The position numbers and the translations under genes are program-made. The notes beneath the pieces were generated by a model. That model searched no databases and was not told where the DNA came from. It saw only the letters and a program-made list of their open reading frames with translations. A stretch of 61,692 nucleotides of DNA, the filler included, from Chiloscyllium plagiosum (Eukaryota): assembly GCF_004010195.1 (NCBI RefSeq). It is 4 parts of one record of this genome, joined end to end, with 100 filler letters (N's around TTAATTAATTAA, not from the genome) between each part and the next. Parts side by side here need not be neighbours in the genome. Positions count along the whole stretch, not along the records: positions 1 to 22,444 come from NC_057710.1; 3 more parts are not named here. One strand, written 5' to 3'. Every line of letters starts with the position of its first letter. Positions within the stretch are counted from its first letter, which is position 1. Positions 1 through 12,400 of the stretch are shown here, piece by piece.

Positions 1-650
1 GCTAATAGCATGCTGGCCTTCATAACAAGAGGAATTGAGTATAGAAGCAAAGAGGTCCTTCTGCAGCTGTACAGGACCCTGGTGAAACCGCACCTGGAAT
101 ATTGTGTGCAGGTTTGGTCTCCAAATTTGAGGAAAGACATTCTGTCTATTGAGGGAATGCAACGTAAGTTTACGAGGTCAATTCCTGGAATGGCGGCACT
201 TTCTTACCCTGAAAGATTGGAGCGACTGAGCTGTATATGCTTGAGTTTAGAAGGCTGAGAGGGGATCTGATTGAGACGTATAAGATTATTAAAGGATTGG
301 ACACTCTGGAGGCAGGAAGCATGTTTCCACTGATGGGTGAGTCCCGAACCAGAGGACACAGTTTAAAAATAAGCGGTAGGCCACTTAGAACAGAGTTGAG
401 GAGAAACGTCTTCACCCAGAAAGTGGTGGGTGTATGGAATGCTCTGCCCCAGAAGGCTGTGGAGGCCAAGTCTCTGGATACTTTCAAGAAAGAGTTGGAT
501 AGAGCTCTTAAGGATAGTGGAATCAAGGGTTATGAGGATAAGGCAGGAACAGGATACTGATTGAGGATGATCAGCCATGATCATAATGAATGGTGGTGCT
601 TACTTGAAGGGCAGAATGGCCTACTCCTGCACCTATTGTCTATTGTCTAT
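1..650 (+). mobile_element. 3' end of a CR1 (HER1-like) LINE, frameshifted RT C-terminus
   Basis: LYRTLVKPHLEYCVQVWSP and RRLRGDLIETYKI...WNALP motifs; (CTATTGT)n tail. Confidence 0.9.
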
Positions 651-950
651 CCACCTCTTGAGGCTTTAAACCAACAGCGATGCATTCACAGAGTTTAGCT
701 ATTTGCTACAGAAAGTCATTGATCCAAATTGCAATATCTATATCATCAGCAATTCAGTTTACTTTCTGTCTTCACCTTTCTGACTCTCTGCATTAATCAC
801 AGAATCACAGAAGTATTACAGGGCAAAATGAGGCCATTCATTACAACTTAGCTGCTTTGGCTTTTCAAGCAAGTATCATTACATAGTGCCAGCCTCCTGT
901 TTTGTTCCTATATCCTTGCGTAGTATTTCTATTCGCCATTTTTCTCTGTT

Positions 951-1037
951 GAAAATGTGGCACTGGAAAAGCACAGCAGGTCAAGGCAGCATCTGAGGAG
1001 CAGGAGAGTTGATGTTTCGGGCATAAGCCCTTCATCA
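951..1037 (-). mobile_element. Penelope-type terminal repeat fragment with a decayed hammerhead
   Basis: ctggaaaagcacagcaggtca...gtttcgggcataagcccttcatca; flanked by near-identical 14-mers (937-950 and 1036-1049, 13/14). Confidence 0.65.
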
Positions 1038-1049
1038 TTATTCTCTGTT

Positions 1050-1340
1050 TCCTATCACTCAGGCAATTCTGTTTCAATGTTAGTTCTGTCTCTGTTATAC
1101 CATGACCCATAATTTTCTTCACTAGTCTGTTGTGCGCTATGCTATCAAACATCTTTTGGAAATCCATGTATGTCACATCAGCAGTTTTACCCGCAGCAAG
1201 CCTTACTGGTACCCCTTTTGAAAACTCCAGTGTGTTAGTCAAACATGATTTCCCATCTAGAAATCAATGCTACCTCTTCTTCAAGAATAGAATCTTACTA
1301 ATTCAATCTCAAATAGTTATTTCTAGAGGCTTCTCCATTA
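1050..1340 (-). mobile_element. Decayed CR1 RT fragment
   Basis: TNTLEFSK...DVTYMDFQKMFDSIAHNRLVKK. Confidence 0.7.
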
Positions 1341-1547
1341 CCACAGCTAAACTGACTGCAGATTGCTACCCTGCAAGTTGTATGCATCCTCTGGGACATC
1401 TTCAGTAAATGTTGGTATGAGTGACACTGAGAGCCATTTGTCCTGGTATTTTGTTGACCTTTGATGCTACTGTCAGACGGTTCTTCCATGCCTGTAACAG
1501 CAGCAGTGGAACATATTTTAGAAAACTCACATCAAGACTTATGGCAG

Positions 1548-1885
1548 GCCAGTGGTCAGCAGTGCTGCTGCACAGTGCCAGGGGCTTGGGTTCAGTTCAA
1601 GCCTTGGGCGACTGTCTGTGCGGAGTTGGCACATTCTCCTCGTGTCTGTGTGGGTTTCCCCTGGATGCTTCAGCTTCCTCCCACAGTCCAAAGATGTGCA
1701 GGGCTAGGCAGACTGATCATGCTAAATTGCTCAAGGTGTGCAGGGATGTGCAGGATTAGCCATGGGAAATGCAGGGTTGCAGGGATAGAGTGTGGGGGTG
1801 AGACTGAGTGGGAAGCTCTTTGGAGGGTCGGTGTGAATTTAGTGGGCCAAATAGCCTGCTTCCACACTGTATGGATTCTATGACT
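1548..1885 (+). mobile_element. HE1-like tRNA-derived SINE with a CR1-type tail
   Basis: Decayed A/B boxes, core ttctcctcgtgtctgtgtgggtttcc, CR1-like 3' end. Confidence 0.75.
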
Positions 1886-1949
1886 TACTTTCAATAAGTC
1901 TCATTGCAACATATTACCTGTAATACTTTCTTGATTTGATATACCAATG

Positions 1950-2432
1950 AGACATTGGAGAAGACGTAAGTCATTCAGCCTTGTTCTAGAATTCAATGAG
2001 ATTATGGCTAATCTGATAATCCTCAACTCCACTTTCCTGCCTTTTCCCCATCACCCTTGATTCTCTTACTGATTAAAAAAAAAATGTGTCTGGCTCAGCC
2101 TTGAATGTGCTTAATTACACATTCTCTGCTGTAAAGAATTTCACAGATACATTACTTGGGAGAAGAACTTCCTCCTCACCTCTGTTTTGAAGGTGCAACC
2201 TTATAATCTGAGACTATGCCCACTTGTTGTAAACATTTCCACATCTATCCTATCAGGTCCTATAACAATCTTGTATGTTTCGATAAGGTCGCCTCTCATT
2301 CTTCTCTATTTCAATGAGTACAGGCCCAATCTACTCAACCTCTCCTCATTAGACAATCCCTCCAAACCTGGTATCAGGTGAGTGACCCTTCTCTGGAGTG
2401 CCTCCAATGCCAGTGTATCTTCCTCAGATAAG
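1950..2432 (-). mobile_element. Decayed CR1 3' end
   Basis: Antisense RGDLIETYKI region plus 3' UTR. Confidence 0.7.
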
Positions 2433-5400
2433 GACTCTTTGTGCCACTGAGAAGAGAGATGAGGTGCAATAGATGTGAAATGGTCTTAGCTATGAATTTA
2501 GAGAAATCTTCTGCTTCCTCGAGTACCTTATTGATTTCATATGGAAGGCTAAGCTATCAGCATAGCCTCCTTCTCAGAAATGATGTGTTCACAGGTGTCC
2601 CCAGCGCAGCATGCAGCATTAATCCTGGCTACCCTGTTTTTCTAGGATCCGACATTGTTAACATGTATGGAGAATATTCTGGAATAGATTTTATTCACAT
2701 TTTTCATTCCATTCCAGCAGTAGCACCTCGATTTCACTATAGGTGATCCAAAGCTGCCCCATTTTCTCACTTGACCAGTGACTCCAAGTTAAATTTTCAT
2801 CTTCACCACCCAAATAATAACAAAAATGGATTATTGACTTACCTACTACAATTGTCGATTGCTCCTGCATTTCACTTGTGATTTAAAATCGATGAAAATT
2901 GATCAGGCAGGCAAATCCACACCTCTGGACTACTGCACAAATGGAAAGGGTGAAAATTGGCCTCTGCTTTTGTCATTCACTCCTCAGAGCCGCAAGCTGT
3001 ATGGAAAATGATCATTCCTCAGAAGTTCAAATGGGATCACTTGTATGCAGTGAGTGCCAGTGGACGTACATGGAATAGTATAGGTTAGATGGGCTTCAGA
3101 TTGGTATGACAGGTCAGCGCAACATCGAGGGCCGAAGGGCCTGTACTGCCCTGTAATGTTCTATGCTCTATATGTTCTATGTAATTCCTGCTGCACAAAG
3201 ATCATAAGAATGGAACTAAAATCTGCAAGAATTTGGATGTAAGAAATATGCAACTTTAAGTTCTTCATGGGACTGGACTTATGCAATAGAAGCAGAATGA
3301 GATGCATGGGTTAAGCTTGCCCGTTTCAAGAAAGCAATGGTGACCACAGACTTTGCAGGATTTTTATAGAAAACAAGAGCTGCCTCATAACTATATGATG
3401 ACCTAAGATCTGGAAGCAAGGGCAATAAGGAATATCTTTAATTTCTTTAATATAGCTGTGAAGTCTGTAAGTGTTTTGAAGAGCGTTTCAACAAAATCTA
3501 TAGTTTTCTTCAATAGAAAACAAATAAATTGCAATTTTCTTGAATAATAAGAAATACCATGTGATCTGGCAATCTTGACCTAGAAACAGTAACAAGAAGA
3601 ATGGGGTTAAGATACAGGTGCCATGTGGTCAGGCACAAAGGAAACGTGGAGGCAGAAAACATTCAGCACACAATGCAGGAATTATTAGAAGCTCTGTGCG
3701 AGCAACCTAAGATGCTTTACAACTTGGAAAGCTGTAAGAATATCTTGGAGATGCTAAAGAGTGGAGTGTTTTCCTTGAAATGGTTAAACAGACTAAAAGG
3801 GTCTCCAGAGAGCTGCACCACTAGAGGGTTTATTGTCAATTGTCCTGCTGATGAAAATCGTGCCTGTGAAACTTGATGAAAGCTGTACAAGGATAGGACT
3901 CCTGACAAAAACTGTACAAATAATGACCGGCAAATTGTGAAATGATGTTGCTATGTAAAGCCATGAAGAAGGATGTATGCAATTGTGTAAGATTTATCTT
4001 TGTTGTTCTGGCTATTTAAAGTGAAATTTAGTTTTTTAGATGAGGTATCATTTGCTTTTTGTTAATGCATAATTTGCTTTGGTTCTGTTTTGAGTTAGGG
4101 TGAAAGTTCCAAAAGTGAAATTGCGTCAATAGTTTCTTCATTTAGGGAGCATTTGCAAATCTGGTTAATGGATGCCCCACCAGGATCGTATTTTAACTAT
4201 TTTAATCCAGCCTGCATTATCTGTGATGAAGATTCATAAGGTGCTTACACTGACATATTTAGCTATGGCCTTTTCACACAGATTGCCATTCTGGTCTTTT
4301 TTTTAATAAAGGAATAGAGCTCCACATTTTTGACAGGAAATTGGGATCAGGGCTCCCTCAGAAATATGGAATCATATGTCCATTCTGATAGGTCTCCTGC
4401 AGCACAGGTCTGTCAGAAGAAGGAAAGCCAAGCCCCTTTTCACAGCAGCCAGCTACTTGAGATATGTTCCTCGTTGACCTGTTCAGAGATGCTATAACAC
4501 ACCTTTGGAGTAAGTGATATTTGAACCTGAGTCTCCTGGATCAGTGGTAGGTACAATGAGCCACAACAGTCCTAGATGGTTATTGTATTCTGACAAGGTG
4601 CTAACAGCAACTTTGACAGCTGTTGTCAAGCAGTGTGTATATCATTAGGGTGCTGGGAAGGTCGGGTTCCAAAAGGGGAGGATGTTCAGGGATCAGACAA
4701 GTAAGATGCCAAGTGGATGGAGTGGTAGTAAGTAGGATGGTAACTGGTCATGGTGCCAACTGGAAAGGGGTAGGGTTGCAGAAGGTGGATGTCTAATGGC
4801 TAGGGGCTAGGGTGCTGGGTTAGTGGGGTACAGACTGGGGACATGTTGGGATTTCAGTTGGGTAGGATGCCAGATGAGAAGCAGGTACGTTGTGTAGGAT
4901 GCCAGGGTGCAAGCTGGAAAGGTAAGTAATTCCGTGGATTAGGATAGTTCAGATTGGGTGGGAGAAATCAAGTCCAGTGGAGGGTGGGTCAGGTTGGGTC
5001 CACTGAGGGTTGAGTTAGTTGGATCCGGTGACTGGGAGGGGGTAAGGAGTCAAGTCTTCAGGGAGTATCAAATTGAATCTAAGGTCTGAAGGGATCTAGG
5101 GAAATGTAGTTGGGTATGTGTAAGGGAAGTATGAAATCAGTTAAATAGTTAGTTAGGAGTTTGATTATGTATTTAATGGTCTAATCCTTTTTCTGAGTAG
5201 TGATTTACTTAATTTCATTGGAATTCTTCAAATTCTCCAATTTAAATGAAAACTTTCAGAGGGTTACAAGCATAGAGAATTTCCCAGTGGAAAATTCAAT
5301 TTCCTGAGTAATTCCTTCAGAGTGTGTTACAATGGTGATTCCACAGGTCCCCCAAGAGCAACTCTTATCTACACTGGAAATAACGACTGTCTGGCCATCA

Positions 5401-7984
5401 GAAAATCCAGACCATTGTCTTCACTTCAGACAATGAGCATCTGCTCAATCTCTAACCTTTATGTAATAACACGTAAATATTGGTATAAAAGGTAAGACAT
5501 ATCTATGTGAGACTTCTTTGTCCATTATTTTAAAGGGTCTGAAAACATTTTAAATAATGGCAAATTAATTTCATAGGGATGTGTTAAGTTTTCAAATGCT
5601 AAGCTCCCACGACGTAAAAACAACGCCCTTGTGTCCTACTTGTAAAGGTTCAAACACACCAGACTGGCAGTGTTGCATTTATATTATGTTTTAGCACACC
5701 GCTGAGAAATGTTTCAAAGTACTTCACTTTGAATTATTTCTGAACTGCAGCCAAGGCAAACACAGCAGCAAATGTGATGGAGTTTAAGGGAATAACTGAT
5801 ACTGAATTATTATGTTCCCTGTTCATCTTCAGGGAATGTGGCTCGATTCTTGGCACACCTGAGAAATTACACAACTTCAATGATGTATCAAATGAAGACT
5901 AAACCATTAAGTAAACTGCCAGTGAATCAGCTTTTCTAGGTGCTAGTTGAGAGAACTTAAAGGAGTATTATGCTATCTTCTATATCTAATTGAACAGGTA
6001 GTGATAGTGAGTGCAACAGTTACTGAAAAGCAGCATTTCAAACAACGCAGCATGCATCAGCACACTGCATGAAAATGTCAATTCTGAATGTACCTTCACA
6101 TTGGAGAGTGTACTCAAAACCTTCTAACAGTTATCAACTGAATCGATCTAGTACAGAATCTAACTGGTACATACGAAGGCAGCCAAATAAGATTTGTTTT
6201 TTTTAAATGTCAAATTTATGATATTCTTTTGACCACAAAAAAAAATCTGAATTAAGCAAGGAAGAACTGTCAAATTACTGAGATGGACTTTCCCCATTTT
6301 CACCATCTTCAAAAAATATGTGTAGGTTTCGAAGTTCAAAGCAGTGAAAGATGAAATAGTTTTAGATAGATGGATATAGTTTTGCCAACACTAGTTGTAT
6401 ATCGATGAACCAGAAATCAGGCAACATGAGATTTGTAACGAAAAATAACAATGGTTTTGTGGAAGTGCTATTTTCTTCATGTGTTCTCTCTTTTGTCTTC
6501 TGCAACTAGTCTGCGTTGAGTCACTTGCTCCTACAAACCAAAAATCCGAGAATGATTATCAACGTAAAAGGTTTTCAGGCCTTGTAAATCCTATTCCTTA
6601 CCAAACTCAGCAAACAATCAAAATGTGTTGATTGTCTTGTGGTTAGCTATGAAGCTCTACTTGTGAAGAATCGGTCAGAGTTTAAAGAAGAAGGATCAGG
6701 CCAGGTCAACTGAGTGCAGATTCCCACCTCCACCTCCCCCCACCCCTCACCCCCACAAGCCTTTGATAATTCTCTTCTCGAGATCCAATTAAGATTCACT
6801 GTATTGTGACCCCATGACTTCATGACCTGTAAGGACATTAGATCTGAATGCCTGAAGGATGTTTTGCACCAATAGACTAGTAAACATGAAAATAAAAATG
6901 TTAAGATTTGTTTCTCTGCAGGGTCAATGATGAGGTTGAGTAGGGTATTTCTAGGGGCCTTGTGGGCTTATTTTAATCTTTAGAATAGATGAACTATTTT
7001 AATGCCCTAAGGAGAGAATTTCCTTTACAGCTGTACTGTTGACTTATTTATTACAGCAAATAAGTTTCATCCTTTTTGTTGTTCCCAACAGGATTGGCAT
7101 TTGAAAACAAACAGTAATGTTTTCCTGAACAGAAATTAGCTTGTTGTAAGGTTAAAGAATTATGTAGCATGTTTGTTCATTCAGAGAGCCTTTCATCGTG
7201 CTATCATTTGTGGGGTGTTGGATGTCTGAGTCACAGGCCCAGGCACATCAGTAATAATGGACTTATCCATTTGTAATATACATGCTGCTCTCAACTCCCC
7301 TTCTCCACTTACAAAGCAGTGAAAATTGAGAGTAACACCCTGTAATGGCATTTATATTGCTGATCATCCATCAATATTGCTTCAGATCCATTACAGCCGC
7401 CCTCTGAAATAATAAGGGTATTTAAAATAAAAATTACAATACTCAACTTTTTCGCATTTCTGTGGCAGGAAAAGTGGAATACAATTTTCTGACAGATTCA
7501 AAGAATCCTAATTTTAGAAATCCATCGTTCATTTTTTGCAACTTTAATGTTTTAGATAATAAAAAAGATTATTTTCCATAGATTTAGGAGGTTACGGAGA
7601 GGACAAATGTCAAGGAGCAATGTTTTACTGACGAGCAACTGATTAGCATCACGAAGCACATTAGACATATGAGTTTGTTATTTAACAACATCATGGACTG
7701 ATGTACCTTCTGACTGACCGTCATTCTACCTGATTTATAACTCATTAATGAGTATTTGGAACAAAGAAATATTGAATTTATAAATTTCAGATTGTGCTGA
7801 TATTCAGGACAATGGGTCACTTAAGCTCAAATATCTGACCTAAAAACAGGGAATAAATAGTAAGAAGGAAGTAACGAATGAACATGGCACAAACAAGCTT
7901 ATATCAAATGCCTCAGGAAAAGTATTGAGAAAATTGAGTCAATCCTGTAGATAGGACATGCTCTGAGGATGTATCATTAAATCC

Positions 7985-8306
7985 CGACAGTGTGGAAACA
8001 GGCCATTCAGCCCATCGAGTTCACACTGAACCTCCAAACATCATTGCATCCAGACCCACTATATCCCTGTAACCGTGCATTTCCCATGGCTAATCCACCT
8101 AACCTGCATCTTTTGAGCAATCTAGCATGGCCAATGCACTACGCTGCACAAGCTTGGACTGTGGGAGGAAGCTGGAGCACCCAAAGGAAACCCACGCACA
8201 CACAAGGAGAACATGCAAACTCCACACACAGTCGCTTGAGGCTGGAATTGAATGCAAGTCCCTAGAACCTTGAGGCAGCAGTGCTAATCACTAAGCCACC
8301 ATGCCA
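7985..8306 (-). mobile_element. HE1-like SINE
   Basis: Reverse reads ggcatggtggcttagtgattagcactgctgcctca...tctccttgtgtgtgcgtgggtttcc; homologous to 1548-1885. Confidence 0.8.
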
Positions 8307-8489
8307 ATAGAACCGGTTTACACAATATATATGGAGAGAGTGTTGTCACAATTATCAGTCCATGGCTCAGTCTATAAACGCCACGTAGAAATATTTAATG
8401 ATAATTAGAAATGTAATCAAAGAGATAAGCTTGTATCTAAAATTATGTAGAATTGCACAGAATATGTTATACAGAAATATTTTATTTTA

Positions 8490-9145
8490 TTTATTTTTTA
8501 CCACATGTACCTAAGTACAATGAAAAGCTTTGTTTACGAGCACACACAGGCAAATCGCAACAAGGACACACAAGGTAAGAAAAGAAACTTAGAGGCATCC
8601 AGGTTATATCGCACAGGGCATGTACTAGGCAAGATCAACATAAGCAAGATAGGCATCATTTGAAGTTAGAGAGTCCATTCATCAGTCTAATAATGGTGGG
8701 AAGAAGCTGTTTCTGAACCACCTGGTGCGTTTGTTAAAGTTTCTGTATCTCCTGCCTGACAGAGAGCATTGCTGGGGTTTGATGGGTCTTTGATGATGTT
8801 GGCAGCCTTTCCATGGGAATGAGTGATGTAAATGGTATCCGTCGATGGAAAGTTGGCTTCCATGATGGTCTGAGTCAAGATTAGAGTGGTGCTGGAAAAG
8901 CACAGCAGGTCAGGCAGCATCCGAGGAGCAGCAAAATCGACGTTTCTGGCAAAAGCCCTTCATCACTTTTGCCTTCCGTGATGGTTTGGGCTATACACAC
9001 CACCTTCTATAGTTTCATATGGTCCTCGGCAGAACAGTTGCCATACCAAGACAGTACGCTCTCAATGGTGCATCTGTAAAAATTGGTGAGGGTCCTTATG
9101 GACATGCCAAATTTCCTCAACCATCTGAGGAAGAAGAGAAATACG
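8490..9145 (-). mobile_element. Rex1/Babar-like LINE 3' fragment
   Basis: LFFLRWLRKFGMSIRTLTNFYRCTIESVLSWYGNCS and SGRRYR...RFRNSFFP motifs. Confidence 0.8.
8873..8972 (-). mobile_element. Penelope-type terminal repeat inserted into a Rex1 LINE
   Basis: Same repeat; TSD-like cttccRtgatggtYtg at 8857-8872 and 8973-8988. Confidence 0.7.
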
Positions 9146-9289
9146 TTGGTCCAATCAGTCCACAATAGCATTTGCACTTGGCAGTTTATAGACTGAGCGA
9201 TGGACTGACACAAGTGACAACATTCTCTCTATAAATATCCTGTAGATTGGTTACAAAGGGAGGCAGGAAATTCTACAGCAAGTAACTGA

Positions 9290-9800
9290 TATCCTATCCA
9301 ACATCTGGGAGGGGCAAGTTAGAAGCATAATTCAATATTTCCCACTTGCCTGCATGTGTAAAGCTCAAAGAACATTCAACAGCAGAAAGGACAAAACAGC
9401 CAATTTGATCAGCATCCAAATCACCAGCTGAAGCAGTTGCTGCCTTTACCACCAGTACACTGTTGCAGTGCATGCACCATCTATGAGATGCACTACAGAA
9501 ACTTATCAAGAATCCTTCATTGGCATTTTCCAAAACCATGACTTCTACCGTCTAGAGAAAATTTGGTGCAATGGAATGTTGCAACTTGAAGAATGCCCTT
9601 GAAACCATGGTCCATGTGGACTTGGAAATATATCACCATTACTTCACTGTCACTGGATCAAAATCCAAGAACTCCCCTAATTCTGGACAGTATTGTTGAT
9701 GTACCTCCACCACTAAGGACCAGAGTAGTTCAAGAAGGCAGATCGCCAGCATTTTCTCAAGGGCAATTACTGATGAGCCATAAATACCAATTTTTCAGTA
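9290..9800 (+). mobile_element. Old CR1/L2-superfamily LINE 3' end
   Basis: Decayed YFPLA...DKTANLI region and tail ttcaagaaggcag...ttctcaagggcaatta...ataaa; the same tail recurs at 41640-41765. Confidence 0.5.
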
Positions 9801-10460
9801 ATACACAGAAGCAAAGAATACTAGTATAGATGGCAGTGCTTTGATGCTCGCACCCTCCCACTACTTGGTAAGCACCAGTCAGGATTAGGATTGGGATCCC
9901 CATTTCACAGGAGGATTGTAACCAGACAGTCTGAGAAGGAGGCCACTGCCATCAACGTGAACTCTGCAGATGGGGTGGAGGTGTGGCTAAGGACACCAAT
10001 ATCACCATATTTTTCCAATCTGAAAGGAGGTTTTGAGAGGCTGCTGCAGAGGAGAATGCGGTGTGGATTTGACTGTGCCTTGTGGCCATTGCGGCCATGT
10101 TCTGGTGTATCTTGGTGTGTCCTGGTGGGTCCTGGTGGGTGTGGTGAGTCTGAGTCCGAGTCCGGGTCCAGAATTTCAATGGCCTGGGATTCCTTTTGGT
10201 GGGGTCAGGTTTCCTTGACCTTTGGAACCCTGGAGCTATGTTTGGAACTAAGATGGACTTTGTCTTAATTTTTTCTTTTCTTTTAATAGATATGATTTGT
10301 TATTAAAATGGCACCAGAGTTTGGTGACTTAAACTGTTCACATTTGCCTTTAAAAATATGAAGTTAGGATCTAGGTTACCTTCTTAAAATATTTTGAGGG
10401 GGTCTAGTCTAGTCCATAATAGGCACAAAGATCTGTAAATTTGTGGTTATATGTCTTGTG

Positions 10461-10955
10461 TCATAGAGTCGTAGAGATGTACAGCATGGAAACAGACCCT
10501 TCGGTCCAAATCGTCCATGCTGATCAGATAGCTTAACCTATTCTAGTCCCATTTGCCAGTACTTGGGCCATATCCCTCTAAACTCTTCCTATTCATATAC
10601 CCATCCAGATGACTTTTAAATGTTACCAGCCTCCACCACTTCCTCTGGAAGCTCACTCCATACTTGCACCACCCTCTGCATGAAAGAGACACCTCTTAGA
10701 TCCTTTTTAAATCTTTCCCCTCTAACCTTAAACCTATGTCCTTTAGTTTTAGACTCCTCCATCCAGGGGAAAAGACCTTGCTTATGTACCGTTTCTGTTC
10801 TCTTCATGATTTTTAAAATCTCTATAAGGTCACCCCTCAGCCTCTGAAAATAGGCTCAGCCTGTTCAGCCTCTCCCTATCATTCATACCCTCCAACCCTG
10901 GCAACATTCTTGCAAATCTTTCTGAACCCTTTCATGTTTCACAACATCCTTCCGA
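10461..10955 (-). mobile_element. CR1 3' end
   Basis: ESKTKGHRFKVRGERFKKDLRG..FMQRVVQVWSELPEEVVEAG. Confidence 0.85.
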
Positions 10956-11100
10956 TAGGCCACACCTGAAAGATGTTTGACCTGGAATTAGGTTGGGCTC
11001 TTTGTAATCTATCTGTGTTGGCCAATTAAAACTGGTGTTAGGAGCTTGCACATTCAAATCAGGAGCTTAATGCTTTTTGTAGATGCATTTGCAAATTTAG

Positions 11101-11225
11101 ATAAAGTCAAAAGTCACACGACAGCAGGTTATAGTCCAATAGGTTTATTTGAAATCACAAGTTTTCAGAGTGCTGCTCCTTTGTCAGGTGAAGGAATTAA
11201 AGTACAACACCGCCACCTTCACATC
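11101..11225 (-). mobile_element. Decayed Penelope-type terminal repeat (AGCT family)
   Basis: ggttatagtccaataggtttatttgaaatcacaag...gtcaggtga, homologous to 29760-29833. Confidence 0.55.
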
Positions 11226-11904
11226 AAACATTGGATAACCCTGTGGTGTCAATGCCTGATTGTTTGGTACCAAACACAACTTCAGTACCAGCCACCAATA
11301 AAAGAGAGCTTTATTGATGAAAAATGATTTTAAAATCCTTGGTGTCAATCCAGATACCTCAAAATTGGTTGCAGCATTGTTTGGTATTTAATTCCACTAT
11401 CAGATACCAGTAATGATGACAGAACACAGCTCTTGGGTTTTTAAACAGCTAAGCCTTTTAACCTTTGAATCCCAGCAGTGCAAACTAAAAGAATGGTTGA
11501 GCATATGGACTTGAAATCGGATGCAAATTCACTTGACCAACTCACTCCTTTGTCAAGTACCGATCTCATTGAATTGGAATAACTAAATAGATCCTTTGCT
11601 AAGTTTCAAGAGATTTTGTCAAGTTGAATTTCCAATACATTGCCTCCCATATATAAAATGGTAACACAATCTCTTCACTACCTGGCCTTGTTTTGCAGCA
11701 GATTTTGCTGGAGCAGGTCATCCTCCTCTGTTCATATGTATACAGCAAACAACTGGAAGGGGAAATGGTGTGCTAACCATTGTTGCAAGAGGGTTGAAGT
11801 ACAAGAGAGAAGTAATCTTTATACAATTATACAGGGATTTAGAGTGATCATACTCGATGTATTGTGAGCAGATTTTGTTTTTGCCCAAGAGAAGGTTTAC
11901 TTTC

Positions 11905-12400
11905 TTTAGAGGGAGCACCAGAAAGATATACTAGATGAATTCCCTTTGATTTGAACTCTATCTTCTGAAATTGGGTCTGTATTCCCTAGTGTTTCAAAGA
12001 ACAAGAGATGATCGCACTGAAATGAAGAGAATTTTCAAAAGACTTGACAGGGTAGATGTTAGCTGGAGCAATGAGAACACCAGATCAGAGCCTCAGGGTA
12101 AGTGATCAGCCATACCAGGACTGAGCTGATGAAAAATTTCTTCAAACAGAGGGTTACAAATCTTTGGAAGTCTTTACCTCGGAGAGTTGTGACTGCTCCA
12201 TTGATGCTTATATTCATGACTGACATCAATAGATTTACAGAATCCAAGGAGATTGGGATAGTGTGGAAAATTAGAATTGATCTAATAGTTGCACCATGGT
12301 TTTACCGAATGGCATAGCAAGCTCAGTGGACTGCTCATGATCCTGTCCTTAAAAGATTTATTCAGGGGTTTCCAGCATCCCTAGCTATTTCTTATGTTCT
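11905..12400 (+). mobile_element. Decayed CR1 3' end
   Basis: RTELMKNFFKQRVTNLWKSLP; ttcttatgttcttatg tail. Confidence 0.7.

Noticed and set aside
3237..4192. Possible solo LTR (also about 54130-54804, ending gtatcgtaaca)
   Set aside because: The composition is suggestive, but I could not define both TG..CA ends or a TSD
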